DNA of 64,000 bases from the NCBI RefSeq assembly GCF_006345805.1, contig NC_043002.1, forward strand, positions 95,790,001 to 95,854,000. The letters are read 5' to 3'. A model generated the notes under the pieces. That model saw nothing but the letters and a program-made list of their open reading frames with translations, was not told the origin of the DNA and did no database searches. How positions within the stretch are numbered: the stretch's first letter is position 1; every line of letters begins with the position of its first letter. A program made the position numbers and the translations under genes. This DNA comes from Octopus sinensis. Lineage: Eukaryota. Positions 23,975 to 36,409 of the stretch are shown piece after piece.

Positions 23975-24229
23975 GTGTAGGCTGGTTTCCGGGGTTATCC
24001 TGGGTTTCTCACTCATAAGAGGTTTAGCCTTACAGCATATTTTCAGACACCAAACACTGCCGGCCTGAGAACTCTTCAAAATATGGAGGGGGGAAAGCCT
24101 TGTTTTTAAGGGTAAAACCCTAAATGATTATCTCCTTTTGCTATTATCCAGTGATCTTTGGCTGCATTGCCATCTCTGCAGTCATCTAAAGCACCATGAA
24201 GGTAAATGATTGTCTCCCTTTGGCCTTTA

Positions 24230-25018
24230 TCTCTCTATATATAAACGGCAGTTTGTCTGTCTGTGTGTCTGTGTGTCTGTCAGGTTGTACCCTCACCCTG
24301 ACCATGGCTTTCAACCGATTCTGATGAAACTTGATACACACGTAGCCCAATGTCATAATTCAAAACTAACGCAGTGAAAATTTTGAAAAGTTCCCCCAGT
24401 TCTGAAAAAAAATCGATAAATTCGACATGGATCGAGAATCTAAGCTTTTTATATGCAACACATTTTCTACAGACTGTCTAGGGGACGCAACTCGACCTTT
24501 TTAACTCTCGGAACACGTGGGGTAAGTATCCCAAAATGTATAAAAATGTACAAAAACGGCAAAAAAGCGGGCAGCAATGTGAGTGACAACAACGTAAAAG
24601 TCAAAAGTGACCAAACTGAACAAACAAATGGAAAAGGTTTTTTGATGCACACGACAAAAGCGGTTTATAATAAACCAAGAGTTTGCAAGTAGCATCCGAG
24701 GACCCTTAGGGTACGTCAAAAATTTAAGGTAAAACGTTTGGAGTGGTAGTTATAAAGAAAGTGTAAACAAAAAAAGTATTCGAATAACTTGCGGCTGCAG
24801 CAGCTATTAGCAGAAGTATGGGGGTAAAGTCTCAAATGTAATTTCTTCCTGGTAGGAATTGGTTGGGTTGAATTATCGATAGCTGTTTGGGAGTGAAGAG
24901 AAGACATTGCAACCTACACATGCACCTTCGTTCTCTAGAGGGAAAGGACTAGATTGGGATTAGTCGTTGCCTACTAGGGGCTCTTACATACCCGGGCAAC
25001 GCCGGGCTATGCTGCTAG
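24230..25018 (+). mobile_element. Non-autonomous Helitron
   Basis: A|TCTCTCTATATATAAAC 5' end, (TGTC)n near the 5' end, GC hairpin CCCGGGCAACGCCGGG at 24991-25006, CTAG|T 3' end. Confidence 0.8.
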
Positions 25019-25615
25019 TATATATATTTATATATATACACTCACACACAATGTTGAATCAGAAAGTAATGCATTTTTATTTGCATTACTTTTTGACCCA
25101 CCCTTGTATATAGTGGGGGTATGCATATATGTGTGTATGTGTGTGTAAGTGTGGATATGTGTATATGTGTATTTTTGTGTCTCCTTGTTTTGGCTGTTGT
25201 GTGACAGTTGTAAATGAGTGCTGTCATAGAAGCACATGTGAAAACATGTCTGGTCATGGGGAAATATTTACCTTGCTTGGTAACAGTTAAGGGTTGACAA
25301 TAGAAAAGGCATCCTAAATTGTCAAAAAAATTTACCTCAATAAACTTTGTTTGTCCCATGGAAGCAGAGAAAAGTGCGTATTATGATGATGATGATGATG
25401 ATGATGATGACTGTATTAAGAAATGCTTTTGATGAAGCTGTAAATTAAATTAAACACAGCTTAATGGATACTTCCTAATAAGCAAAAAAATGTTCAATTC
25501 TAATTAATACTATCTTAAGCCAGAAAATATATATAATCTGCCTTTGAAGAATTATTTATAAAATAGAACAAAGGCATTTATTAAAACTTAGATACTTTTC
25601 CCATTATTTTTACAA

Positions 25616-25964
25616 TTTTATTCAATTTGTTATTCTTTTTCTGTTTGTTTATTTCCTTTTTATGTTATTTTGGATTGTTTAAGATAGACAGGCCTTTGAT
25701 AAAAAAAAAAAAAAATGCAGTCTTGATCAACTCATTTCAGGAGCTAATTTGTTATCTTCTTAAGAAGCTAGGGCTTGATTTGAGAGAGATTCCACCTCTA
25801 TTTCTAGCAGATTGAGCAACCACATAGAGGTTCTCTTATTACCTCATCTTGTTTATGTTTTATTCAATTTGTTATTCTTTTTCTGTTTGTTTATTTCCTT
25901 TTTATGTTATTTTGGATTGTTTAAGATAGACAGGCCTTTGATAAAAAAATGCAGTCTTGATCAA
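25616..25964. repeat. ~110-bp direct duplication (25616-25730, 25858-25964) around a 127-bp insert
   Basis: TTTTATTCAATTTGTTATTC...GCAGTCTTGATCAA occurs twice, differing mainly in poly-A length. Confidence 0.9.
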
Positions 25965-26454
25965 TTCATTTTCTCTTTTAAATTTGTAAGTCATTATCAA
26001 GGCATTAATGAGCCGCTGTTTCATTGTTGTATCAAAAAGATATGACTTATGTCCAAACCCAAGCACGATCTTGACATTTTATTATAAATACATAACTTAG
26101 TTTTTATAGACAATAAAACTAGTATGTTTAGTTTTTATTGTAACCTAAGGAATAAATTATAATTAATATTTTGAAATAAGTTTTTTCTTGGTTTGTTTAT
26201 TTCTAACTAACCAAATATTTTTGTCCTCCAAATATGACTTCCTACCACAATGCTTACCAATTTCTGTATGAAGCTAGGTGAAAGCATTACCATTGCAAAT
26301 TTAAGACAAAGTCAATGGAAATCAATGTATCTTAATTACATTACAAAAATGTAGTTTATTTACTTATTTATTTTGGCTTTGACATTTTTTTTTCAGTTTC
26401 TATCACAACTCTACAGTTTATTACAACTTATTCCTACTATATGTTGAAAGGTGA

Positions 26455-26536
<82 letters not shown>

Positions 26537-26550
26537 ATATATAATATATA

Positions 26551-26847
26551 TCTTTATATATAAAAGTAAGGTTGTGTGTCTGTCTCCTAGGATTTAGATT
26601 CCTAACTACTCACACATTTTGCGCTGCAGTTTAACCAAAACCAGGTATCTTATAGTCGTGATTCATATCGAGCCCTTCAGGGTATTAGCGTGCATCTACG
26701 ATGAGTCTACAATTAAAAAAAAAAATTACCATCATTTTATTCCATTTTAATGCATTTTTCGCTATTAAATAAGGGAAGTAACTCTCTAAAAATGCTTATA
26801 TAGTTATTTCCCTTACAAACCTGAGCAACGCCGGGCGATACTGCTAG
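26551..26847 (+). mobile_element. Short non-autonomous Helitron (second family)
   Basis: A|TCTTTATATATAAAAG start; CCTGAGCAACGCCGGG hairpin and CTGCTAG|T end, sharing the terminus of 24230-25018. Confidence 0.8.
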
Positions 26848-26854
26848 TATATAT

Positions 26855-26909
<55 letters not shown>

Positions 26910-27006
26910 CGGGAAGCTTTATGAAAATAAACAAAAGACGAAGGCAGGTGGAAAACAAACGAACAATTGTATTAGTATGGTGCTCAGGAAATATAAATAA
27001 AACAAG

Positions 27007-27044
27007 TCTTTAACGTTTCGAGCCTACGCTCTTCAACAGAAAGA
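27007..27044 (-). ncRNA. Minimal 38-nt hammerhead-like motif
   Basis: Minus strand: TCTTT-CTGTTGA-A-GAGC GTAG GCTC-GAAAC-GTT|AAAGA; stem III only the palindrome AACGTT; A6->U core variant. Confidence 0.65.
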
Positions 27045-27109
27045 TACACAGAGAGAAAAAAAACACAGAAAGAAGGAGAGAAAAAAAATGCGTGCAGTAG
27101 CTAACGAAT

Positions 27110-27183
<74 letters not shown>

Positions 27184-27770
27184 GTATGTGTATATATATA
27201 TGCACATATATATATATATATATACGCACACATACATACACACACACATACACTATATTACACCACTACTTCTTAACTTTTGAAAGTACAATAACTATAA
27301 CATCAACAACACCAACAGCAGTAATCATGTCCATAATAATAATACTCACTTCATTGTGAATGGTTGAAAACAAGCTCTATAGACTTTCATTGATGTGAAG
27401 GTGGGTAAATTGGTGAGGGAAGAAGTGAATGAATCTAATTCTCTGTGATTTCTTTTGTTTTATTCATATTTGAAGCAAAACATTTCTAGACAGTACACAT
27501 AGTTGAGTGAATAGAGTGTGGCCTGCTGGGCAATATTTTGCTTTTAAAAAAATATCAACATCTTATATACTGACTGTCTCTGTTGCTGTAAGTGTTCAGC
27601 CAGTTCTTTATAGATACTCATGGAAAGCTATGTGAAGGTGTGCAGCTGAGTGGTCAGATTGTTAGGCTCCGGATCATTAAGGTGTTGATTCAATTCTTGG
27701 ACACACTAGCATGATGTATCCTTTAGCAAGACACATCATTTCAGGTTGCTGTAGTCCACTCAGTTGAAAG

Positions 27771-28077
27771 TGGAGGTACATGGCCTAGTGGTTAGAGCAG
27801 CGGACTCGCGGTCAAGGGATCGCGAGTTCGAATCTCAGACTGGGTGATGTGTGTGTTTATGAGCGAAAACACCTAAGTTCCACGTGGCTCCAGCAGAAGG
27901 TAATGGCAAACTTCTGCTAACTCTTTCACAACAACTTTCTCTCACTCTTTCCTCCTGCATCTTGCAGCTCACCTGCGATGGACTGACGTCCTGTCCAGGT
28001 GGGAAACCTATATGCCAAGGAAACTGGGAAACTGGCCCTAATGAGCCAGGCATGGCTCAAGAAGGAACAAACAAGCA
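27771..28077 (+). mobile_element. SINE family C, subtype 3, nested in an older CORE-like SINE, 12-bp TSD
   Basis: Family C head and body plus 3' module CCTGCGATGGACTGACGTCCTGTCCAGG...GAAGGAACAAACAA; TSD ACTC(A/G)GTTGAAA at 27758-27769 and 28078-28089. Confidence 0.8.
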
Positions 28078-28359
28078 ACTCGGTTGAAAATGAGTACCAA
28101 TATCAGCTGAAAGGCTGATATTTTAACAGACTGATGTCCCATTCAGGAAGTAGAATCTTAAACTTTCAGTCTCTTAAACCCTTTTGATACCAGCCTGCCC
28201 AAGACGGCCCTGGTTCTGTGATACAAACTTTGTTTTAAATTGATTGAAACTAAAACCTTACATCAAAATTTCCTGCTATGTCCCAAAGACCATCTTTATA
28301 AGGACAAAGTTCTTTTACCAATTTCTTCATTATTTTAAAAATTAACTGAAACCATGCCA

Positions 28360-28650
28360 CAACAGACAACTGTAGTCTGGCCAGCTCCATATCAAACTGT
28401 CCAACCCATGCCAGCGTGGAAAGTGGATGTTAAATGATGACCAGTGCTGTGTAAATGCACCCATGGAGGTTGCACATAAAAAAGTACCCTGCACACTCAG
28501 TTAAGTGGTTGGTTTTATGAAGGGTATCCAGCCATAGAAACCATACTACAACAGACAACTTGAGCCTGGACAGTTCCCAGCTGGCCAGCTCCATATCAAA
28601 CTGTCCAACCTACGCCAAGCATGGAAAGCAGACGTTAATTGATGATGATG
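28360..28650 (+). mobile_element. Two tandem RTE 3' tail fragments
   Basis: CAACCCATGCCAGCGTGGAAAGTGGATGTTAAATGATG and a second copy ending GACGTTAATTGATGATGAT. Confidence 0.7.
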
Positions 28651-28877
28651 ATAAACTATGAAAGGCAGTGCCTTTCATCAGAAATGTGGTGACAAAAGAG
28701 TTAAACAACCTGGAAACCTAGATAAGTTTCTGCCTCATGGGCTTGTAGAGTCAAAGTAGTCTATGGGGAGGTACAGTTACTCATTGCCATAAACAGACAC
28801 AATAATTGGTAAGTTTAGTTCAGGATACTAGCTGAGCCTCTTGGGTTAAGGGTTTCTTTAGTGTATTGAGATGGATT

Positions 28878-29031
28878 CGTCCACCGAGGTCGACTTTGCC
28901 TTTCATCCTTTTGGGGTCGATTAAATGAGTACCAGTTACACACTGGAGTCGATATAATCGACTTAATCTGTTTGTCTGTCCTTGTTTGTCCCCTCTGTGT
29001 TTAGCCCCTTGTGGGTAGTAAAGAAATAGAT
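28878..29031 (+). mobile_element. SINE family B, 5'-truncated
   Basis: GAGGTCGACTTTGCCTTTCATCC...GTGGGTAGTAAAGAAATAG. Confidence 0.85.
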
Positions 29032-29438
29032 ATTCCATTAGAGCTGGGAATTGACTTTGTTGTATCTTCTCTTGAAATACAACATGATGTTGAAATTTCC
29101 ATTGGTGTGTCATCAAAATCTTCAATGTCAGTGTCATTGCTGCCATCATCATCATCATCATCATCATCCTCATCACTATTGTCATCATCATTTTACATCT
29201 GTATTTTTCACATCAGCACAGGATGGATGAGTAACACCATCACACTCCTTGTGGCCATCCTTCATCATCTGGCACATACAATAACAGAGAAAACAGCCAA
29301 TGAGTGATGTTGTGTAATGCTTTGTTATGGTTTGTTTATTACTGGATGCTATTCACTTGCTAACCACTTTCCAGTATGGGCTGGGTGTATTTTATCATGC
29401 CACCAACAGTAGACAGGTTGTCTACAAGAGGACTAGTG

Positions 29439-29657
29439 GCAGAAACGTTAGCACGCCGGGCGAAATGCGTAGTCGTATTTTGTCTGCCGTTATGTTGTGA
29501 GTTCAAATTCCACCAAGGTCGACTTTGCCTTTCATCCTTTCAGGGTCGATAAATTAAGTACCAGTTGCACACTGGGGTCGATATAATCGACTTGATCCCT
29601 TTGTCTGTCCTTGTTTGTACCCCCTATGTTTAGCCCCTTGTGGGTAATAAAGAAATA
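29439..29657 (+). mobile_element. SINE family B with 16-bp TSD
   Basis: TSD TACAAGAGGACTAGTG at 29423-29438 and 29658-29673. Confidence 0.9.
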
Positions 29658-30974
29658 TACAAGAGGACTAGTGTCCCCTCTATCCTGCTTCAGTATTTAC
29701 ATGTAGTTACTTCCCATCAAGGTAAGTTGCCTTTACTGTGACTTACAGCATCCAGGTTCCCTACATTCCTACTTTAGAAACGATGATAAAATCATGTTGC
29801 TCTTTAACACATATGCCAATTAAGAATCTCCCCCCCCCCCCCCCCCCCGCTACATTAAAAGAGCAATAAAATATGTTCCCAGATTCTGAACTACTAAATC
29901 ATTAATGACTTGATAATGATTTATAGAAGTAGTTGTCAAACTGAGAAATACCAGACCCCACCAAAACACATTATGGAAACTTTTTGCACCCCCTCACCCC
30001 ACCTCCCATGAGATGGCAGAACACTATTTGCATTCCTATCATTATTTTTTCATTCATTTTTATGTTGAATAAATTTGAAAAGTTTTTTAAAAATCTAAAT
30101 TTTATTAAACTTAGTAATTTGTCTTCCTTTATTTCAATTTTCACAGCCTCCCCAAGGGTGAAGCTGTTCCTCTTATGAGAAACATTGAATTATTACTAGC
30201 ACTAACAATGATGATGCCAAAATTTCTTTCTCTTATAAAAAATGTTTTTTCAGTTAATTAGCTCTAGTTAAATTTGTCAAAGCAGATTGATCATAAGAAG
30301 ATATTTATTACTTGTGCTTATGGTAGGGTTGGTTGAGCCAGCTCTGACCAACAAGTCATGTTCAGAGTTTCAGTGAGGCTACAAGTTCACATGTGATCTC
30401 TGATCACATGCACACTTAAGGATTGTGTGATCCACAGTAGCTCATCTTACCATCCATTATTGACCGTCACAGAAAATTCACTGACTCTGTCACTGCTAAT
30501 TATTGGATCAGATGTAACCTGAGTTTGAAGCAGGTTCCAGAGACATGCTTTAACAAAAGGTAAGGGGTACCTCACTTCCAGTGGTCTTTCGGCATGCTGG
30601 ATACAAAACTGGAATTCCTGAGGGCTATGCTATAGCTAGATAGTCATTGAACCTACACTAGGTCTTGTTTTAAGTCCTACTAGGTCTCCACTAAATCATA
30701 CCAAGTAAGCCTGGTGGGGGTGCCATTTTAGTTGTTGATGATGTGACCATACAGCAGGTTGTAGCGGATTCCATGTTACCAGTAGCACTCATGAGAGACC
30801 TCACAAGTCACTTGACATCACATAAGAAGATAGCAACTGGAATAATTAGAAACAACCCATGGGGACATTATTTTGAATATATCATGCTTATTCAGTTCTG
30901 AGACTACATACTGCACATTCAGTCAGAGCATAAATTGAAGGAGTTGACTATAAAAGCAATGTCCACCACAAGGT

Positions 30975-31105
30975 CAAGTGTGGTGGCTTGAGTGCCTCAA
31001 TGACCCTGACAGCTATGTCAGCGGAACACAAGATCCAGGTAGGGTTTTCCATACTGGACAGGTCAAAGGACAAAGGCTAGTATAATATGGACCACCTCTT
31101 GATCA
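30975..31105 (+). mobile_element. Possible RTE-LINE 5' UTR remnant
   Basis: GTGCCTCAATGACCCTGACAGCTATG...GGTAGGG...GACAGGTC resembles, from memory, the 5' UTR motif of RTE/Expander-type LINEs. Confidence 0.35.
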
Positions 31106-33057
31106 TTTCTTCTCAGAAATAAAAATGGGTTTGTGTAGGGTTAATGTTCCTATATAGAAATAATTGCAAAGTTACAGAAGCCCTGATGACAATTCAAAAC
31201 CAACAAGAACTGGGGGAGGAAAGCCTTAAAATTCTCAACACTCTACAGTTGAGAGCAATGGAGAAAAGTCATTGATGGCCTAAGCAAGGGGCTTTAGTAA
31301 GTATTAAAAGTAACATATCCTTAATGGGAGGAGCCATGAATGTTTATTTTCAAATATTGCTAGAAGGAAGGAAATGACAGTATTAGCGCTTACCATAGAA
31401 TTTTTATCCTTGTAGAATTGTTTATTTTTTTATTTCTGATATTTGAGAGTGAAATTGATTAAGGTGAAGTTTAAACTTAGAACCTTTTGGCAATAATGTA
31501 GAATCATGATACTGCACTTCTTTAGGCTTAGGCTCAAAATACACCTATTTAATGCAATAAAATAACTTCTTGATGATTATTGAATCAGCACAAAATCTTT
31601 TCTCTCTCTCTCTTCTTTCTCTCTCCTCTCTCTCCTACTCTCTCATTTCCAACTGGGATAGCCATTTATCTCCTCTTCCATCACCTGGCACAAAGTTACC
31701 TTCTTCAATACTACTCCCCTCTGCAATCGATGGTCTTGCCTTGCAAGTTATAGGTGACTACATTGAAACAAGTACCATGTAAAAAGTACCAAGTATACTC
31801 TGTAAAATGGTTGACATTAGAAAAGGAATCCAGCTGTAGAAACCATGCCAAAGCAGACAATAGAGCTTAGCGCAGTCCTCTGACTCAGCCAACTCGTGTT
31901 ATATTATCTTAAATAAAGAAAACATTGGATAATGTAGGCCTTGATTACTAAAAAACAGGGTGGTCACAATTGGAATATATTTGATTATAGATCTGCTTGG
32001 TCAGTGTTGAACTGTTGTTAAGCAACAACAACAATAAATGAACAAGTTTTAGAGAGAAAATTATGATGAAGGATTGAAGCAAAGAGGAAAAGGAATGAAA
32101 GTTTAAATAATGAAAGAATTAAAGTTAAAATACCTAAGGAAGATGAAAATATTGGAGCAAGAGAAATAGTGAGAAATTTGAAAAACTAGCTTAGAAGCTA
32201 CACTCTGTGCAGACTTTTATACTAGCTCTTGTGGAGGGCTAATTGAGCCTGCAGCTCAAAACCAAAGAGAGCTAAACAGCATTACTATAATACATCTATA
32301 ATGACTATATTCCCTGATGGAGTTTTATCAGAGGTTAAGAACAGATGAGAATTAATTCTTTAATGCAACCATTCTATAGTTCCAGTCCCAAGTTGAATTC
32401 CAACTGTTGGTCAATTTATCCCAAAGTTCTTATCTTGACATAAAATTAATGAAGCAAATGTCATTTATCACGTCCTTGATCTCTGACATCATCTGACAAA
32501 CGACAAACAAGATGGTGTGAATCAGCCAAGCTTTACCTGCTAGAAATAGCAATCCAAATGCTTTTAAATCACATTCCAATGCTGGATGTTCAAGAACCAA
32601 ATGAAGAGCAGATTTTCAATCCTGGAAACAACCTGATTCCAAAAAAGCTATATTATGTCTATGTAGAACAAATGTAAACTGAGATACAGAGCTACTGAAC
32701 AGACAGAATTTTGCATTTATTATTATAAAAGTAAAAGAGAAACTTCAATTTCTTGTCAAAATTTTATACAGTTTTTTTTTCTGTTTTCTAATGGAGCACA
32801 ATTTTCTGAGTATTCGTGTGTTTAAGAAATTCTTAATTTTAATTGGAGATCAATTGGGTAAAATTAGTCGGTAAAAAATATAGTTGATAAAATAATTTTA
32901 TTTTTTTTCCATTTTAGGTTTAATAAACAAACAATTTAGTCCCTATTAAGGTCAAATACAAGAAAGTATATTTATAATTGTTTACATTAATTCAGCAATA
33001 AGTGTGATGAGATATGAAGTAGTGATGATGATGTTGATGTTAATAATAATGATGATG

Positions 33058-33089
<32 letters not shown>

Positions 33090-33479
33090 TGTCAGTGCCA
33101 TCATCAAGCAATGCCACTATCATTATCATCATCATCCTTATCCACATCATCTTCATCATCACAACAAACAGTAAAAAGCATCTAGTGAACCAAATATTCA
33201 TGAGAGCTTATCAAAATGGTCTGGAAACTTTGAATGGTATTCATTATCCACATGCACATACATGATAGACACATATGCATACACATCAAGCTATCTTCTT
33301 TCACATAAGCATACACACACAGATTTTTTACATCTATGTATGCATGTGTATGCGTCTGTGTGTGTATGCATGTATATATGTATACATGCATGCATGTATG
33401 TGTGTATGTAAGTATGTATGTACATATGCGTATGCATGTATGCCTGTATATATCCATATATATGTATATATATATGTAC

Positions 33480-33511
<32 letters not shown>

Positions 33512-33568
33512 GTGTGTGTATGTATGTATGCATGTATATACATATATACAGATATTACATACATACAT

Positions 33569-33608
<40 letters not shown>

Positions 33609-33625
33609 ACATCTATATAAACAGA

Positions 33626-33859
<234 letters not shown>

Positions 33860-34322
33860 TGTACTGATATTTCATGCAGACACAAATACCCTGAAATATT
33901 GGCAGCCAAAATAATTTGCATGCTAGCATGTTACCATGCATGCACATACATACATATGCACATACATGCAAACACATGCATCTGCACACACATAATTGAT
34001 ATATGCAAAAATTCCTCTCACTGCTTCATTAAATACACTTATTCTAAGAGATAAAATATTCGGTGTGATATTTTCATGTTCAATCATAGAACTTGGTTTG
34101 ATAGGCTCCAGTAGAAGATGGTACCACCAACATCAAATCTGTTGCTCCTACCTCTTTTCCATGATATATCATGAATTAGTTCTAGCTAAATTTAAAACTT
34201 TCTCTTGAATACAACTTAATTATTCTATATCTTAGAAAAACATCTCTTGCCAGACGAAGAGAAAGTTTTAACCAAGTATCTATTCCTGTCTTCCTTCATA
34301 TATGTATGTGTGTGTGTATGTA

Positions 34323-34399
<77 letters not shown>

Positions 34400-34467
34400 T
34401 ATATATAAATGCATATATATATATATATATATATAGATAGTCAGATAGATAGATAGATACATACATA

Positions 34468-34547
<80 letters not shown>

Positions 34548-34849
34548 ATATATATGCATATATATTTGTATGTATATATATATATAGATAGATATATACA
34601 TATGTATGCATGTATACACAAACATATATACATACATACATATTTCATATATATTTGTGTGTGTGTGTGTATGTACACACACAAACACATTCACGCGTGC
34701 ATACACCAGATGAGGAGAAAGTTTTAACAAAGTACTTTTACTTTTGTTACACACACACATATTTATGCGCATACATATATGTGTGTGTGTTCATATATAT
34801 ATATATATATACTTTTTTTTTTTTATTGGTTTCAATAAGAGGTTGAGGC

Positions 34850-35310
34850 AATGTTGGGACACCACCTTTAGTGTGATTGGTATTCTTTCCAAAATTGTTT
34901 CTTGCAAAGTAACAAGTTGGATGGAGCTTCTTTTCTTTGTGCCTCCTGTTATGATGTGAGTTAATCCGGTATCTCAGCTAAATATTTATCCAAGCATTCT
35001 TTGAGAACCTCCTCATCTACACCTCACAGATCTCTGAGGTTGTTGGGCAGAATGTTAGAAAATTGGGATCCCTAGAAACCTAAGATATTGCAGTATTCTA
35101 GATGATAGAGATGGGATCTTTGGTACTATGTAGTACCATCTAGTTCAGTGGTTCAGTGGTTAGTATAGCTTTCTGTCCCAAAACTGGGAACTAGACCTTT
35201 CAGGAACTTTCCTGTGTAGCTCACTATATTTTTCACATCTTCTCTCAAGAAATTAGAGCTTCAGGTCTTTAGCTGCTCCCAGTAGCTCATCTGTTGCACT
35301 GAATCAACCT
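34850..35310 (-). pseudogene. CR1-group LINE ORF2 C-terminal remnant
   Basis: Minus strand GSQFSNILPNNLRDL*GVDEEVLKECLDKYLAEIPD resembles the F-N-x-LP...LD-x-FL-x-x-IPD end of CR1-like ORF2. Confidence 0.55.
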
Positions 35311-35321
35311 TCATTGTGTAC

Positions 35322-35361
<40 letters not shown>

Positions 35362-35381
35362 TATAAATGTATGTATGTATA

Positions 35382-35423
<42 letters not shown>

Positions 35424-35426
<3 letters not shown>

Positions 35427-36161
35427 TAATAAATATAAGGGTAGCAAAAAATTCTAGAAAAAATTCTCCGCAACCAGCGGTCCAGTGAGAAAGAAAAGAT
35501 AGTCAAAGACTATATAATATACATTCAACAATATAAGGAATGGCCATAATAGGACATTCGACTCACTAGAAAGAGCAGCCAAACTCAGCCAGTTGTAAAT
35601 AAATTTAATTTAATTTAATTAATTTGTTTACTAAAGTTTGCCAAAACTATGCATAGTCCAGAGATGAAAGGGTAAACGTTTTTATTTCTCTTTCCATTTC
35701 AGAATTACAACTATTAGCGGTTTGGGTTTGGCTGCTCTTTCTAGTGAGTCGAATGTCCTATTATGGCCATTCCTTATATTTTTGAATGTATATTATATAG
35801 TCTTTGACTATCTTTTCTTTCTCACTGGACCGCTGGTAGTGGAGAATTTTTTCTAGAATTTTTTGCTACCCTTATATTTATTAATTAATGATTTTTTGGC
35901 TAATTTTGAAATTAAATCAGCAGTTTATATTTGCTGCTGAGAAGACCGTGCGATTGTGGTAGATTTTGAAAATTTATAGCATATAGACTTGAGGCTTCCT
36001 TACCATCGCCTCGTGGATATATGTTCGTCCTTGGCTTCTCTGCTGACGAGGCACGCCAGTTGTAAATAAATTTACTAAAGTTTGCAGAAACTATGCATAG
36101 TCCAGAGATGAAAGGGTAAACGTTTTTATTTCTCTTTCAATTTCAGAATTACAACTATTAG
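35424..36161 (+). mobile_element. Penelope pseudo-LTR-type structure: 161-bp inverted repeat plus direct repeats, TA-flanked
   Basis: IR 35424-35584 / 35726-35886; direct repeats 35588-35717 and 36055-36161; hammerhead overlaps the second direct repeat. Confidence 0.8.
36037..36108 (+). ncRNA. Type I hammerhead ribozyme
   Basis: TCTCTG-CTGACGA-GGCA...TGCA-GAAAC-TATGCATA-GTC|CAGAGA; 12-nt palindromic stem III; the sister repeat has TGCC, restoring the first stem II pair. Confidence 0.82.
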
Positions 36162-36319
36162 TATATATATATATATATATATTTTTAAAATTCTGTGATA
36201 AGACTGTACATCATCTTTAAAGAACTTTGGATATCTGTTTATGTTTATGTTACTTAATTATCTTCATTACTTCATGAGTATAGCCTCAACCACTAGGATG
36301 TCTAGAGAACTCACATGTA

Positions 36320-36409
36320 TTTTAGCTGATGAGTACGGGACACGTTTATATGCTGTAATTTTACAACTTTTAATAAAGCCTGTCCTTGTATGAAACGATT
36401 GTACTAAAA
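36320..36409 (+). ncRNA. Type I hammerhead ribozyme
   Basis: TTTTAG-CTGATGA-GTAC GGGACA...TGTCCT T GTAT-GAAAC-GATT-GTA|CTAAAA. Confidence 0.8.

Noticed and set aside
25052-25110. Mariner-like TIR remnant (GCATTACTTTTTGACCCACCCTTGTA) with short palindrome
   Set aside because: Too short and one-sided to define an element
28174-28350. piggyBac-like end TTAA-ACCCTTTTGATACC
   Set aside because: Only one degenerate terminus; no partner TIR found
28660-28690. Minus-strand CTGATGA followed by hairpin AAGGCA/TGCCTT
   Set aside because: No GAAA or cleavage triplet downstream
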